Source: a virus. From it: a DNA stretch of 64,000 nt. The position numbers and the translations under genes are program-made. A model generated the notes under the pieces. That model searched no databases. It was not told where the DNA came from and worked only from the letters and a program-made list of their open reading frames with translations. Positions 25,419 through 35,648 of the stretch are shown here, piece by piece (position 1 is the stretch's first letter; the number at the start of each line of letters is the position of its first letter). The DNA lies in the IMG/VR virus record IMGVR_UViG_3300042449_000993, positions 108,992-172,991 of that record; one strand, 5' to 3'.

Positions 25419-27959
25419 TTGTCCGATTTTTATACCAATGTAAGCGTCTCTGGTCGATATATTCTTCTGAGAGGCGTTGAAAATGATAGAAGGGTCAGAC
25501 GGAAAGTCGAATTCCGTCCGACCTTTTTTCTTTCCAGCCAAGAGAAGTCTGAATACAAGACTCTTGCTGGTGAGAATGTAAAACCCATTCAGCCTGGAAC
25601 AATTCCAGAGTGTCGTGAATTTTTAGAGAGGTACGAGAGTGTCGACAATTTTCCTATTTTTGGGAATAATCGCTATGAGTATGCTTATATTGCTGATGAG
25701 TATCCTGACGATATTCTTTGGGATGTCAGTAAAATACTTATTGCCTATCTTGATATCGAAGTTGGATCCGAAAATGGATTTCCTGAACCAAGAGATGCAA
25801 ATGAAGCAATCACAGCAATCAGCATCAAAGTTAAGGGTAATTATTTTGTGTTTGGTTGTGGCGATTATGTCAAGCATCGTGACGACGTGCACTATGCAAA
25901 GTGTCGAGATGAGTCAGACCTCATACGACGCTTCCTCGACCTATGGAGCCGATGGCATCCAGATGTAGTCACTGGTTGGAACGTCGAGCAATTCGATATT
26001 CCATATCTTGCAAATCGTATCACCAAGATTCTTGGTGAGGATGAAGTCAAGAAACTCTCACCCTGGAATCGTATCAGTAAACGTGAAACGACGATGATGA
26101 ATCGTCCAGTGCAGTTCTATGATATTTCTGGAATTGCGATTCTTGACTACATTCAACTCTATCGAAAGTTCACTTATTCTCAGCAAGAGTCTTATCGTCT
26201 TGATAACATTGCTCACGTTGAGTTGGGTGAAAAGAAATTAGATTATTCTGAGTTCGAAACTCTACATCAACTCTACAAACATGACTATCAAAAGTTCATT
26301 GAGTATAATATCAAGGACGTTGAACTTGTTGAGAAACTCGAAGATAAGATGAAGTTGATTGAGTTGGCTTTGACTCTTGCGTATGATAACAAAGTCAACT
26401 ACGACGATGTGTTCACTCAAGTTCGTATGTGGGACGCGATTGTGTACAATTATCTTCTACGCAAGAAGATTGTAATCCCGCAAATGTCGCGCAGTACAAA
26501 GAGTTCTCAGTATGAAGGTGCGTATGTCAAAGATCCCATTTGCGGGATGCACGAATGGGTTGCGTCATTTGACTTGAATAGTCTGTATCCGCACTTGATC
26601 ATGCAATATAACATCTCAATGGAAACTCTCGTTGAGCCAGCGAAGTATAATGACAACATGCGTGGGTTTATTGCTAACTGTAACATCAACGTTGATAATT
26701 TACTTCATCAAGAAGTTGACACAAACATTCTAAAAGATCTTGGCGTTACTGTAACGCCGAATGGTCAGTTGTTCCGTATTCAAGAGCAAGGTGTTCTGCC
26801 TGAGATTATGGATAGCATGTATAAAGATCGTACACGCTATAAGAAGTTGGCGATTGAAGCCAAAAAGAAAATCGAAACTGTTCTTGAAGATAAGAATCAG
26901 GTTCATTATCTTGAGAAACAAGTTGCACGATATAATAACCTGCAGTTAGCAAAGAAGGTTACTCTAAACTCTGCTTACGGTGCACTGGGTAATCAATACT
27001 TCCGCTTCTTTGATATTCGTATCGCTGAAGGCATCACGACAGCAGGTCAATTGTCTATTCGTTGGATTGAAAAGAAGATCAACGAATATATGAACAAACT
27101 TCTCAAGACTGAAGGTGAGGATTATGTCATTGCTTCGGATACTGACTCAATCTATTTGAACATGGGTCCATTGGTCAAGAAACTTTATCCTGATACTTCT
27201 GACACGAAGAAAGTCATCAAGTTCATGAATAAAGTTTGCGATGACAAGATTCAACCATTCATTGATGAGTCGTATGAAGAATTGAAGCAATATGTAAATG
27301 CATTTCAACAGCGCATGGAGATGAAGCGCGAGTCACTGGCTGACAAAGCAATCTGGACTGCCAAGAAGCGTTATATTCTAAACGTTCATGATAGCGAAGG
27401 CGTCGTATATGCCAAACCCAAACTTAAGATCATGGGGCTTGAAGCGGTTAAATCGTCTACGCCTTCGGCTTGTCGTACGAAGATTAAGGAAGCGATTAAT
27501 ATTGTCATGACGCAAACTGAGGATGATCTTCACAAGTTCATTGAGAAGTTTCGTTCAGAGTTTAAAACTCTACCTGTTGAAGATATTGCATTCCCAAGAT
27601 CAGTGAATGGTCTGAAAGAATATGCTGATGCTGCAAACATCTTCAAGAAGGGCACACCAATTCATGTCAAGGGTGCTTTGGTTTACAACCACTTGTTGAG
27701 AGAAATGAAACTCAACAAACGCTATCAGGAAATTCAAGAGGGTGAGAAGATCAAGTTCATCTATTTGAAACAACCAAACATCTATAACAATAACACTCTT
27801 GCGTTCTTGTCAGGTATTCCGAAACAACTTGATGCCGAGCAATACATAGATTATGATCTTCAGTTTGAGAAATCATTTCTTGAGCCGCTGGACATTATTC
27901 TTTCTTCTATCAATTGGCAAACTGAAAAGGTTGAAAGTCTTGAGGACTTTTTCTCATGA
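25419..27959 (+). CDS. gp43: family B DNA polymerase
   Basis: ExoI DIEV, GWNVEQFDIPY, YNIKDV, SFDLNSLYPH, KVTLNSAYG, SDTDS, KKRY; TTG start. Confidence 0.97.
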   Translation: MSDFYTNVSVSGRYILLRGVENDRRVRRKVEFRPTFFLSSQEKSEYKTLAGENVKPIQPGTIPECREFLERYESVDNFPIFGNNRYEYAYIADEYPDDILWDVSKILIAYLDIEVGSENGFPEPRDANEAITAISIKVKGNYFVFGCGDYVKHRDDVHYAKCRDESDLIRRFLDLWSRWHPDVVTGWNVEQFDIPYLANRITKILGEDEVKKLSPWNRISKRETTMMNRPVQFYDISGIAILDYIQLYRKFTYSQQESYRLDNIAHVELGEKKLDYSEFETLHQLYKHDYQKFIEYNIKDVELVEKLEDKMKLIELALTLAYDNKVNYDDVFTQVRMWDAIVYNYLLRKKIVIPQMSRSTKSSQYEGAYVKDPICGMHEWVASFDLNSLYPHLIMQYNISMETLVEPAKYNDNMRGFIANCNINVDNLLHQEVDTNILKDLGVTVTPNGQLFRIQEQGVLPEIMDSMYKDRTRYKKLAIEAKKKIETVLEDKNQVHYLEKQVARYNNLQLAKKVTLNSAYGALGNQYFRFFDIRIAEGITTAGQLSIRWIEKKINEYMNKLLKTEGEDYVIASDTDSIYLNMGPLVKKLYPDTSDTKKVIKFMNKVCDDKIQPFIDESYEELKQYVNAFQQRMEMKRESLADKAIWTAKKRYILNVHDSEGVVYAKPKLKIMGLEAVKSSTPSACRTKIKEAINIVMTQTEDDLHKFIEKFRSEFKTLPVEDIAFPRSVNGLKEYADAANIFKKGTPIHVKGALVYNHLLREMKLNKRYQEIQEGEKIKFIYLKQPNIYNNNTLAFLSGIPKQLDAEQYIDYDLQFEKSFLEPLDIILSSINWQTEKVESLEDFFS

Positions 27960-28708
27960 TTAGCGTTATCATTCCAACAATGTGGAAAGCAGAGCATTTA
28001 AAGAAAATGCTTCCTATGCTTAATAGTCATCCTTTAATTGGAGAAATCATTCTTATCGATAATGATATGTCAAAAACTGATCATGAATTGTTAAAGCAAA
28101 TTTCCAAATTGGTTTATTGGACGTTTGATGAGGGTAACATTTTTGTGAATCCAGCATGGAATTTTGGCGCCAGTATCGCAAAGTACGATAAACTGTTTAT
28201 TTTAAATGATGATTGTTTAATTAATTTGAAATGTTTGGAAAATATTTACAATTTTGTAACACCAAAAATCGGAATGCTTGGATATTCTTTCTTGAGTTAT
28301 TGTACATATACGATCGATGCATTCGAAACTCTTTGTAGTTCTGGATTTGGCTCAGAAATTAGTTTCGAAATTATTGATCCAGGAAAATTCCCAGATCGTT
28401 CTGGGATGCCTCATCCATTTTTTGGTTCTGCATTTTTTATTCATAAAGATAATTATCACAATATTCCAAGTGATTTTAAAATTTATTATGGTGATCTTTT
28501 TAATTACATTCAGAATCTTAAGAATGGTTGTAACAACTATACTATTGAGGATGGATTGGTCATGTCTCAGTACTCTTCAACTGTTTCAACAATTTCGAAA
28601 GATTTGATCATCCAAGAAAGTAAAATTTTAAAAGATGTTTTTGCATCTCATGGATTAAAAAATATTCGATATTCTCTAAAGAATATGGATGATGAAGATA
28701 AAACTTGA
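27956..28708 (+). CDS. glycosyltransferase family 2
   Basis: ISVIIPTMW, ILIDN, NIFVNPAWN, ILNDD, IYYGD. Confidence 0.75.
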   Translation: MISVIIPTMWKAEHLKKMLPMLNSHPLIGEIILIDNDMSKTDHELLKQISKLVYWTFDEGNIFVNPAWNFGASIAKYDKLFILNDDCLINLKCLENIYNFVTPKIGMLGYSFLSYCTYTIDAFETLCSSGFGSEISFEIIDPGKFPDRSGMPHPFFGSAFFIHKDNYHNIPSDFKIYYGDLFNYIQNLKNGCNNYTIEDGLVMSQYSSTVSTISKDLIIQESKILKDVFASHGLKNIRYSLKNMDDEDKT

Positions 28709-28733
28709 CAAAGAATACATTTTGGGGTATAAT
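28705..28733 (+). promoter_or_regulatory. consensus sigma70 promoter upstream of uvsX
   Basis: TTGACA at 28705-28710, 17 bp, TATAAT at 28728-28733. Confidence 0.8.
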
Positions 28734-28800
28734 AGAAACATAAGCAATCGATTATGTTGCAATTACTTTTGTTCTTGATATTAAATATAGGATAAAAACA

Positions 28801-29859
28801 ATGAGTCTACTCGAAAAGTTAAAGAAAAATACGACGATTAAAGACACCGCAATTCTTGCGAAGTCGAAATTCTTTGCCGCAAAGGATATGGTTCAAACCA
28901 GTATCCCTGTTGTGAACGTCGCATTCTCTGGTGATCTTGATGGTGGTTTCACTCCTGGACTCACGATGTGGGCTGGTCCATCGAAGCACTTCAAGACTGC
29001 ATTCAGTCTCTTGATGGCAAAAGCATATCAAGACAAGTATCCTGATTCTGTTGTTCTGTTCTATGACTCAGAATTTGGCACTCCGCAAAACTATTTCACT
29101 TCGTTTGGTATTGATACCGATCGCGTTGTTCATACTCCAATCACGGACGTTGAGCAATTGAAGTTTGATATTATGCAACAGTTGACTCAGATTGAGCGTG
29201 GCGAGCGCGTGATGATCGTCATCGACTCAATTGGTAATCTGGCTTCAAAGAAAGAAGTTGAGGATGCGTTAGACGGTAAGTCAGTGGCTGACATGAGTCG
29301 CGCAAAGCAAATTAAATCCCTGTTCCGTATGGTGACCCCACACCTTACACTGAAGGACATTCCGATGGTGGTTGTAAATCATACCTATAAAGAGATAGGT
29401 CTGTATCCCAAGGATATTGTCGGTGGCGGAACAGGTTCCTATTACTCTGCTGATAATATTTACATTCTCGGTCGCCAACAGGAAAAAGATGGCACTGATC
29501 TAATCGGTTACAACTTTATTATCAACGTTGAGAAGTCTCGTTATGTTCGTGAAAAAGCAAAGATCCCTGTCACTGTTCGTTTCGATGGTGGCATTTCTAA
29601 GTACAGTGGTCTTCTTGACATGGCACTTGAGTCTGGTCATGTTACAAAGCCAAATGTAGGCTGGTATGCTAAAGTCAATACTGAAACTGGCGAGGTTGAA
29701 TCCAAGAAATGGCGTTTGGCAGATACTGAATCACCAGAATTTTGGGATAGTATTTTGACAAGTGATTCGTTTAAAGAATGGGTTCGCAATAATTATCAAT
29801 TCAGTTCTGCTGTTGCTGGTAATCTTTCAGTTGATGTAGAAGAGGCTGAAGATGATTGA
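28801..29859 (+). CDS. uvsX: RecA-like recombinase UvsX
   Basis: AGPSKHFKT, LFYDSEFG, IDSIGNLASKKE, VVNHTY, GGTG. Confidence 0.96.
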   Translation: MSLLEKLKKNTTIKDTAILAKSKFFAAKDMVQTSIPVVNVAFSGDLDGGFTPGLTMWAGPSKHFKTAFSLLMAKAYQDKYPDSVVLFYDSEFGTPQNYFTSFGIDTDRVVHTPITDVEQLKFDIMQQLTQIERGERVMIVIDSIGNLASKKEVEDALDGKSVADMSRAKQIKSLFRMVTPHLTLKDIPMVVVNHTYKEIGLYPKDIVGGGTGSYYSADNIYILGRQQEKDGTDLIGYNFIINVEKSRYVREKAKIPVTVRFDGGISKYSGLLDMALESGHVTKPNVGWYAKVNTETGEVESKKWRLADTESPEFWDSILTSDSFKEWVRNNYQFSSAVAGNLSVDVEEAEDD

Positions 29860-30319
29860 GAATCTAATCGCCAAACTTGAGTTTTGGTACGTCAAAAAAT
29901 TCTTTAAAGTTGACAAGCAATACACCTTCTTTGTGGATCTTAATGGTCCACCAGGAAGTTTTGCTATTAAATTCTTGGGCAAATATGAAGGTGTAATCGT
30001 AGAATTTACTGACGTCAAAGTGAGTGATGGTGGTTTATTGAATTTTGATTATGATGTTATCTCAAATGTAAACAATGTAAACGTCAAAAGCAAATCATTT
30101 GTGCGATTTACTTCTAACGTGATGCGTAGTATACTTCTGAATGCAATTGAAAATACAGTGAAGGAAGGCAATGAAAACGGAAACATTGATTTTGTCGAAT
30201 CTGATGCGGAACGAGTCTTTCATGAGGAAGACCTTGCCCTTTCTGAAGAAAGAGTATCTGACAGAAAGTCACGAAAGAAAACTATTCGAGGAAATAAGAG
30301 AGTTCATTCTAAAGTATAA
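29852..30319 (+). CDS. hypothetical protein in the T4 gp40 position
   Basis: Between uvsX and gp41; GKYEGVIVEF..VKV...LNFDYDV; overlaps gp41 by 149 bp. Confidence 0.55.
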   Translation: MIENLIAKLEFWYVKKFFKVDKQYTFFVDLNGPPGSFAIKFLGKYEGVIVEFTDVKVSDGGLLNFDYDVISNVNNVNVKSKSFVRFTSNVMRSILLNAIENTVKEGNENGNIDFVESDAERVFHEEDLALSEERVSDRKSRKKTIRGNKRVHSKV

Positions 30320-31547
30320 CAGTCTGCCGCCAACAGCAGCACTGGAGATTAGTCTAAAAGAATCTACCAAACTCACAGAAGTTGAGTTAAATAAGTCGCT
30401 TGAACTGCTAAAGGAAATATCAAGTGACAAATCAGAACAAAAACTCGAATGGCTTCTTGACACTGCGGAAAAGTTTTGTCAAGAAAAAGCAATCTATAAT
30501 GCAATCATGGATAGTATTCAGATCCTGGATGGCAAAGATCAAGCGAGGGGCAAAGGAAGCATTCCTACTCTTTTGTCTGATGCTTTGGGGGTTAGTTTCG
30601 ATCCTCACATTGGTCACGACTTTTTGGATAGTTACGCTGATCGCTACGATTTTTATCATCGTATCGAAAAAAGAATTCCCTTCGATCTGGAGTATTTCAA
30701 CAAGATCACTAAAGGAGGATTACCGCAAAAGACCCTTAACATTGCTCTTGCAGGTACTGGCGTCGGCAAGTCTCTGTTTATGTGCCATGTGGCTGCTTCT
30801 TGCCTAACTCAGAACTATAACGTCCTCTATATTACTCTTGAAATGGCTGAAGAGAAGATCGCTGAACGTATTGATGCGAATCTTCTCAATGTAACTCTTG
30901 ATGATCTCATGAACATGCCGAAAGACATGTATGAGAAACGTATGAATAAACTCAAAACTTCCGTCAAGGGTAAGTTAATCATTAAGGAATATCCAACTGC
31001 TTCTGCGAATCCTGCTCACTTCCGAGCATTGATCAACGATCTGGCTCTCAAGAAAAACTTCCGTCCAGATATTATCTTTGTTGACTATCTAAATATTTGT
31101 GCATCTTCAAGAATTAAGGCAGGTGCGAATGTTAACTCGTACACATACATTAAAGCGATCGCTGAGGAACTTCGTGGACTCGCGGTTGAGAACGCCGTAC
31201 CTATTTTTTCAGCTACTCAGACAACTCGCTCAGGATTTAGTAACTCTGATCCTGGGTTGGAAGACACTTCAGAGAGTTTTGGTCTCCCTGCTACTGCTGA
31301 TTTCATGTTTGCTCTTGTTAGCACTGAAGAACTGCAGCAGTTAAATCAGATTCTCGTCAAGCAGTTGAAGAATCGTTATAATGATCCGAATCTTCACAAG
31401 AGATTCACGATTGGTATTGATCGAGCGAAGATGAAACTTTATGATCTTGAGCAGAAAGCACAAGATGCTGTAATGCAGGAAAACGAATCAAAGCCTGTTT
31501 TTGATCGTGGTCGAAGCACAGATAAGTTTAAGAATCTGAAAGTGTAA
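30171..31547 (+). CDS. gp41: replicative DNA helicase
   Basis: LAGTGVGKSLFMC, YITLEMAEEKI, IFVDYLNI, SATQTTR, TSESFGLPATAD. Confidence 0.96.
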   Translation: MKTETLILSNLMRNESFMRKTLPFLKKEYLTESHERKLFEEIREFILKYNSLPPTAALEISLKESTKLTEVELNKSLELLKEISSDKSEQKLEWLLDTAEKFCQEKAIYNAIMDSIQILDGKDQARGKGSIPTLLSDALGVSFDPHIGHDFLDSYADRYDFYHRIEKRIPFDLEYFNKITKGGLPQKTLNIALAGTGVGKSLFMCHVAASCLTQNYNVLYITLEMAEEKIAERIDANLLNVTLDDLMNMPKDMYEKRMNKLKTSVKGKLIIKEYPTASANPAHFRALINDLALKKNFRPDIIFVDYLNICASSRIKAGANVNSYTYIKAIAEELRGLAVENAVPIFSATQTTRSGFSNSDPGLEDTSESFGLPATADFMFALVSTEELQQLNQILVKQLKNRYNDPNLHKRFTIGIDRAKMKLYDLEQKAQDAVMQENESKPVFDRGRSTDKFKNLKV

Positions 31548-32164
31548 TGCAACTCAAGAAAATAGAAAAAAAGGTCTATGCTCTTGCCGAAACTTGGGTC
31601 GGAGAGAAACATATTCCTTCTATGATTCGACAACTAAACAAAGCATTTAAATCTTACATTGTTTGTTTCTCATCAGAACGATTTGATGATGAATACTATC
31701 CCGATCATAATGTGATTGTCAACGGACATTACTGTGTGAGAATCTCGGATATAATTCCTGAGCACATTTACATTTGCCTAAACTTTCCTGAAGATTCAAA
31801 GAAAGCAATCATAACTGAAGAGGGTGCACGAAATCTAGCAATAAAAATTATTCGTGCGATTCATCATGAGTATCGCCACAAGCATCAACAAAAGCAACGT
31901 CCATTGCTGCTTCAAAAAGAATATAAGCCAAAACCAAAACAGAATAAGATGAAGGCTATGTATTATGGCAATCCAGACGAGTTAGATGCGCATGCATATG
32001 AAACACAGGCTGAGAAATTCGATATAAATAAACTTCGAAAGGCACATAAGATTGGTTGGAGAGAATGCGAAGCCATTTTTATGTATCGTAAGCACTTTCG
32101 AAAGCAAGATCCTAAAGTCTGGAAAAAGTTTTTAAAGAAAGTCTATAGACTTAATGCGAATTAA
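31547..32164 (+). CDS. hypothetical protein with HExxH (zincin-like) motif
   Basis: AIHHEYRHKHQ...YYGNPDELDAHA. Confidence 0.6.
   Translation: MQLKKIEKKVYALAETWVGEKHIPSMIRQLNKAFKSYIVCFSSERFDDEYYPDHNVIVNGHYCVRISDIIPEHIYICLNFPEDSKKAIITEEGARNLAIKIIRAIHHEYRHKHQQKQRPLLLQKEYKPKPKQNKMKAMYYGNPDELDAHAYETQAEKFDINKLRKAHKIGWRECEAIFMYRKHFRKQDPKVWKKFLKKVYRLNAN
32023..32030 (+). promoter_or_regulatory. T4-type late promoter TATAAATA
   Basis: Exact TATAAATA about 145 bp upstream of the 32176 ORF. Confidence 0.35.
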
Positions 32165-32175
32165 AGGTAACAATA

Positions 32176-32364
32176 ATGGCAAACTTAAATAACTATGCTC
32201 GAAAAAAAGCAGAAGTGGATAAAGAAAAGGCTAAAATTCGCAAAGAAGCAGACGCATTAATTCAAAAAATTTATAGAGAATCTAAAAAGCCCCAAACAGA
32301 CTATCAAGTGATTGCAAAAATCGTATCTGATCTTAAAATGAGACTTGATAAGATTGTAGATTAA
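32176..32364 (+). CDS. hypothetical protein
   Basis: SD AAGGT; basic helical 62 aa. Confidence 0.55.
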   Translation: MANLNNYARKKAEVDKEKAKIRKEADALIQKIYRESKKPQTDYQVIAKIVSDLKMRLDKIVD

Positions 32365-32403
32365 TTATTCTACAATTTGTAATTAATCTGGAGTGATATA
32401 ATT

Positions 32404-33288
32404 ATGAGAAAGGGGATTATTCTATCTGGTGGAATGGGCACTCGTCTTTACCCATGCACCGAAGTAACATCAAAACAACTTCTTCCTGTATATGATAAAC
32501 CATTAGTTTATTATCCATTATCAACACTGATGATGGCTGGTATTCGCGATATTATGATCGTGAATTCACCAAATGATTCAGAAGCATTTAAACGTCTTTG
32601 TGGAGATGGTTCTCAATGGGGAATCAATATCTCATATTGCATTCAGAAAGAACCAAAAGGTATTGCTGAATGTTTTCGTATTTGTGAAAAGTGGATTGGA
32701 GAAGATGATGTTACTCTAATTCTTGGAGATAATATTTTCTACGGCAATGAATTGATCAATCGATTCAATTCAGCAACTTGGAATAATGTTGGCTGCACTC
32801 TGTTTGCATATCACGTGAGTGATCCTGAACGATTTGGTGTGGTTGAAGTTAATGAACATGGAGATATTATTGGGATTATTGAAAAACCAAAATATCCTCC
32901 AAGCAATTATGCAGTCACTGGACTTTACTTTTACGACAATAAAGTAGTAGACTATGCATGGCAGATCTCTCCTTCAGCAAGAGGTGAGTTAGAAATTACA
33001 GATATCAATAATTTGTATTTGAAGAATCATGATGTAAAGGTTGAGTATCTTAATCGTGGTATTGCTTGGATTGATACTGGCACATTCGAATCTCTTGCTG
33101 AGGCATCAACCTTCGTTGGTTCTGTTCAGCGTAGAACAGGAATGATGATTGCTTGCCCAGAAGAAATTGCATTTAAGAATGCGTGGATTACTGAGAATCA
33201 AGTTCGTGCATCAGCAGACAAATATCATAAATCAGATTATGGCAAGTATTTGAGCAAAATTTTGAATATTCATGAGTATAAGAAATGA
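32404..33288 (+). CDS. rfbA: glucose-1-phosphate thymidylyltransferase
   Basis: GIILSGGMGTRLYP, SKQLLPVYDKP, LILGDNIFYG, EKP, SARGELEITD, WIDTGT. Confidence 0.95.
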   Translation: MRKGIILSGGMGTRLYPCTEVTSKQLLPVYDKPLVYYPLSTLMMAGIRDIMIVNSPNDSEAFKRLCGDGSQWGINISYCIQKEPKGIAECFRICEKWIGEDDVTLILGDNIFYGNELINRFNSATWNNVGCTLFAYHVSDPERFGVVEVNEHGDIIGIIEKPKYPPSNYAVTGLYFYDNKVVDYAWQISPSARGELEITDINNLYLKNHDVKVEYLNRGIAWIDTGTFESLAEASTFVGSVQRRTGMMIACPEEIAFKNAWITENQVRASADKYHKSDYGKYLSKILNIHEYKK

Positions 33289-34856
33289 TAAAACCAACAA
33301 ATAAAGTTGTTGTAGTCGGTGGTGGTAGTTCTGGCTGGATGTCAGCAGCTGCTCTTATACGCACATTTCCAGAAAAAGATATCGTTGTAATTGAAAGTCC
33401 AGACGTTCCAACTGTTGGTGTTGGTGAAAGCACATTAGGTCAATTTAAAACTTTCTGCAACTTCCTTGAAATTGAAGAAGAAGATTTCATGAAGTTCACT
33501 GATGCAAGTTATAAGATGAGCATCAAATTCACAAACTTCTTTGCAAATGACTCAAGCAGTTTTCATTATCCGTTCGGCATTCCATTCACAAAAAACACGC
33601 TAAATGGACTTGATGATTGGTTTGTAAAAAAGGCAATGTTTCCAGAAACTCCAATTTCTGATTTTGTCCATTGCTACTTTCCATCTGCTGCGTTGTTTGA
33701 AAGAAATAAATTCTCAGAAAATCTTGATGGCAAATTCGAAAGTTTCAATCCAAAAACTGATGTTGCTTATCACTTCGATGCAATTAAATTTGCTTTGTGG
33801 TTGAGAGATCGATATTGTAAACCACGTGGCGTTAAACATATTCAAGCAACAGTCACAGACATAAAAGTCGGTGAGAATGGAATTGAGAAACTTGTTTTAA
33901 ATACTGGTGATGAGATTCGATCAGACTTGTTTATTGATTGCACAGGCTTTAGAAGTTTATTAATTGGTGATGCGCTTAAACAAGAATTTTTCTCATATGG
34001 TGATGTGCTTCCAAACAATCGTGCATGGGCGGCTCAGGTTCCATATAAAAATAAATCTATAGAACTCGAAGCATATACACATTGCACGGCGATTGAGAAT
34101 GGATGGGTCTGGAATACTCCAGTTTGGACTCGTATTGGTACTGGATATGTTTACAGCGACAAATTTGTAGATCCAGAAACTGCTCTTGAAGAATTTAAAC
34201 GTCATCTAATGAGTGACAAAATGGTTTGTCCTCGTACTAGAGAAGAAGTTGAAAGTCTCAAGTTCAGAGACATTTCAATGCGCGTTGGTGCATACAAAAA
34301 CACATTTGTTAAAAACGTTGTTGCAATTGGTCTTTCTGCTGGATTTATTGAGCCATTAGAATCAAATGGATTGTTTACAGTTCATGAATTTCTTTATAAT
34401 CTATTGAAACTATTACAGCGCCCAGCAATCACTCAATTGGATAAAGAGTTATATAATATACACACATTTAGAATGTGGAAGAGTTTTGCAGACTTTGTTG
34501 CGCTTCATTATGGATTTAGCACAAGAGATGATACCCCATATTGGAAAGCGAATTTAAATAGAAGTCATTGCAAAGACGGACCAGATATATTTCATGAGAC
34601 GTTAATTAGATCTATGTTCAATACTCATTCAAATCCAGGAATGATTGATGGTATTAATTGGATTGCTGTTGGCATGCACCATTTCTTCTATGATAAAATC
34701 AATTTTGATAAGTCTATGATGAATGCAGAGAACATCGGTAAATATAAAAGAACCTTTAGAATTTTTGAAGATAAAAAAGAACGTTGGAGAAAATTTGCTG
34801 ATGATGCTCCAAGTTTATATGAATATCAGAAACAAAAAATATATAATGAAGAGTGA
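33285..34856 (+). CDS. tryptophan halogenase-family flavin-dependent enzyme
   Basis: GGGSSGW, GVGEST, AYHFDA, FIDCTGF, GWVWNTP, GFIEPLES. Confidence 0.85.
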   Translation: MIKPTNKVVVVGGGSSGWMSAAALIRTFPEKDIVVIESPDVPTVGVGESTLGQFKTFCNFLEIEEEDFMKFTDASYKMSIKFTNFFANDSSSFHYPFGIPFTKNTLNGLDDWFVKKAMFPETPISDFVHCYFPSAALFERNKFSENLDGKFESFNPKTDVAYHFDAIKFALWLRDRYCKPRGVKHIQATVTDIKVGENGIEKLVLNTGDEIRSDLFIDCTGFRSLLIGDALKQEFFSYGDVLPNNRAWAAQVPYKNKSIELEAYTHCTAIENGWVWNTPVWTRIGTGYVYSDKFVDPETALEEFKRHLMSDKMVCPRTREEVESLKFRDISMRVGAYKNTFVKNVVAIGLSAGFIEPLESNGLFTVHEFLYNLLKLLQRPAITQLDKELYNIHTFRMWKSFADFVALHYGFSTRDDTPYWKANLNRSHCKDGPDIFHETLIRSMFNTHSNPGMIDGINWIAVGMHHFFYDKINFDKSMMNAENIGKYKRTFRIFEDKKERWRKFADDAPSLYEYQKQKIYNEE

Positions 34857-34859
34857 TTT

Positions 34860-35648
34860 ATGAATATATTAGTTATTGGTCGAGGTTGGGTTGGTCATAA
34901 AATGTTCACTGAACTTGTTATTCGTGGGCATGTCGTTAAGTATGTGCCACATTCTTATAATATTGAGAAAGCTGGAATTCAACATGATTGGGTTGTCAAT
35001 TGCGCTGGACTTACTGGCAAACCAAATGTTGATGCTTGCGAGAAAGAAAAGAGAAAAACATTTGAAGCAAATGCAATATTTCCAGTGTTGTTGTATGAAC
35101 AATGCAAAAGGATGAATATTAAATTTGCTCACTTTTCGAGTGGATGCATTTACAAAGGAACTATTGATTCTGTAAATGCTGAACCAAACTATTTTGGCAG
35201 TACATACTCGATCAGCAAAGGCATTTCTGATAGTTACTTGATTGATAAAGCAGTTGTGTTTAGAATTCGAATGCCATTTACTAGTGCATACGAAGATAAA
35301 AATTTATTCACAAAGTTGACCAAATATGCTAATTCAGGTAAACTAGTAGAAGGTGGTCCAAATTCACTAACTGATTTGGATGAAGCAGTTTCTGTTGCGT
35401 GCGATATTATCGAACGCAATTTAGGTGTTGGTCCATACAATCTTGTAAATACAGGAACTGTCACAACGCATGAAATTGCTGAGATGTTGGGATTAGAATC
35501 GCAATGGTATACTTCTGAAGAATTTAAAGCAATAACTGCTGCTGACCGATCGAATTGTGTGATTCCAAGTTACTCAGGAATGAGCGACGTGAAAGAAGCA
35601 TTAGCAAAAAGAATTGAAACATTTAGAGGATTATATGACTGGATCTGA
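34860..35648 (+). CDS. NDP-4-keto-6-deoxysugar reductase/epimerase (RmlD/UER1-like SDR)
   Basis: IGRGWVG, NCAGLTGKPNVDACE, SSGCIY, YSISK, RIRMP. Confidence 0.8.
   Translation: MNILVIGRGWVGHKMFTELVIRGHVVKYVPHSYNIEKAGIQHDWVVNCAGLTGKPNVDACEKEKRKTFEANAIFPVLLYEQCKRMNIKFAHFSSGCIYKGTIDSVNAEPNYFGSTYSISKGISDSYLIDKAVVFRIRMPFTSAYEDKNLFTKLTKYANSGKLVEGGPNSLTDLDEAVSVACDIIERNLGVGPYNLVNTGTVTTHEIAEMLGLESQWYTSEEFKAITAADRSNCVIPSYSGMSDVKEALAKRIETFRGLYDWI

Noticed and set aside
25419-31547. Introns or inteins in gp43, uvsX or gp41
   Set aside because: All are uninterrupted and of normal length, with no intein or homing-endonuclease motifs.
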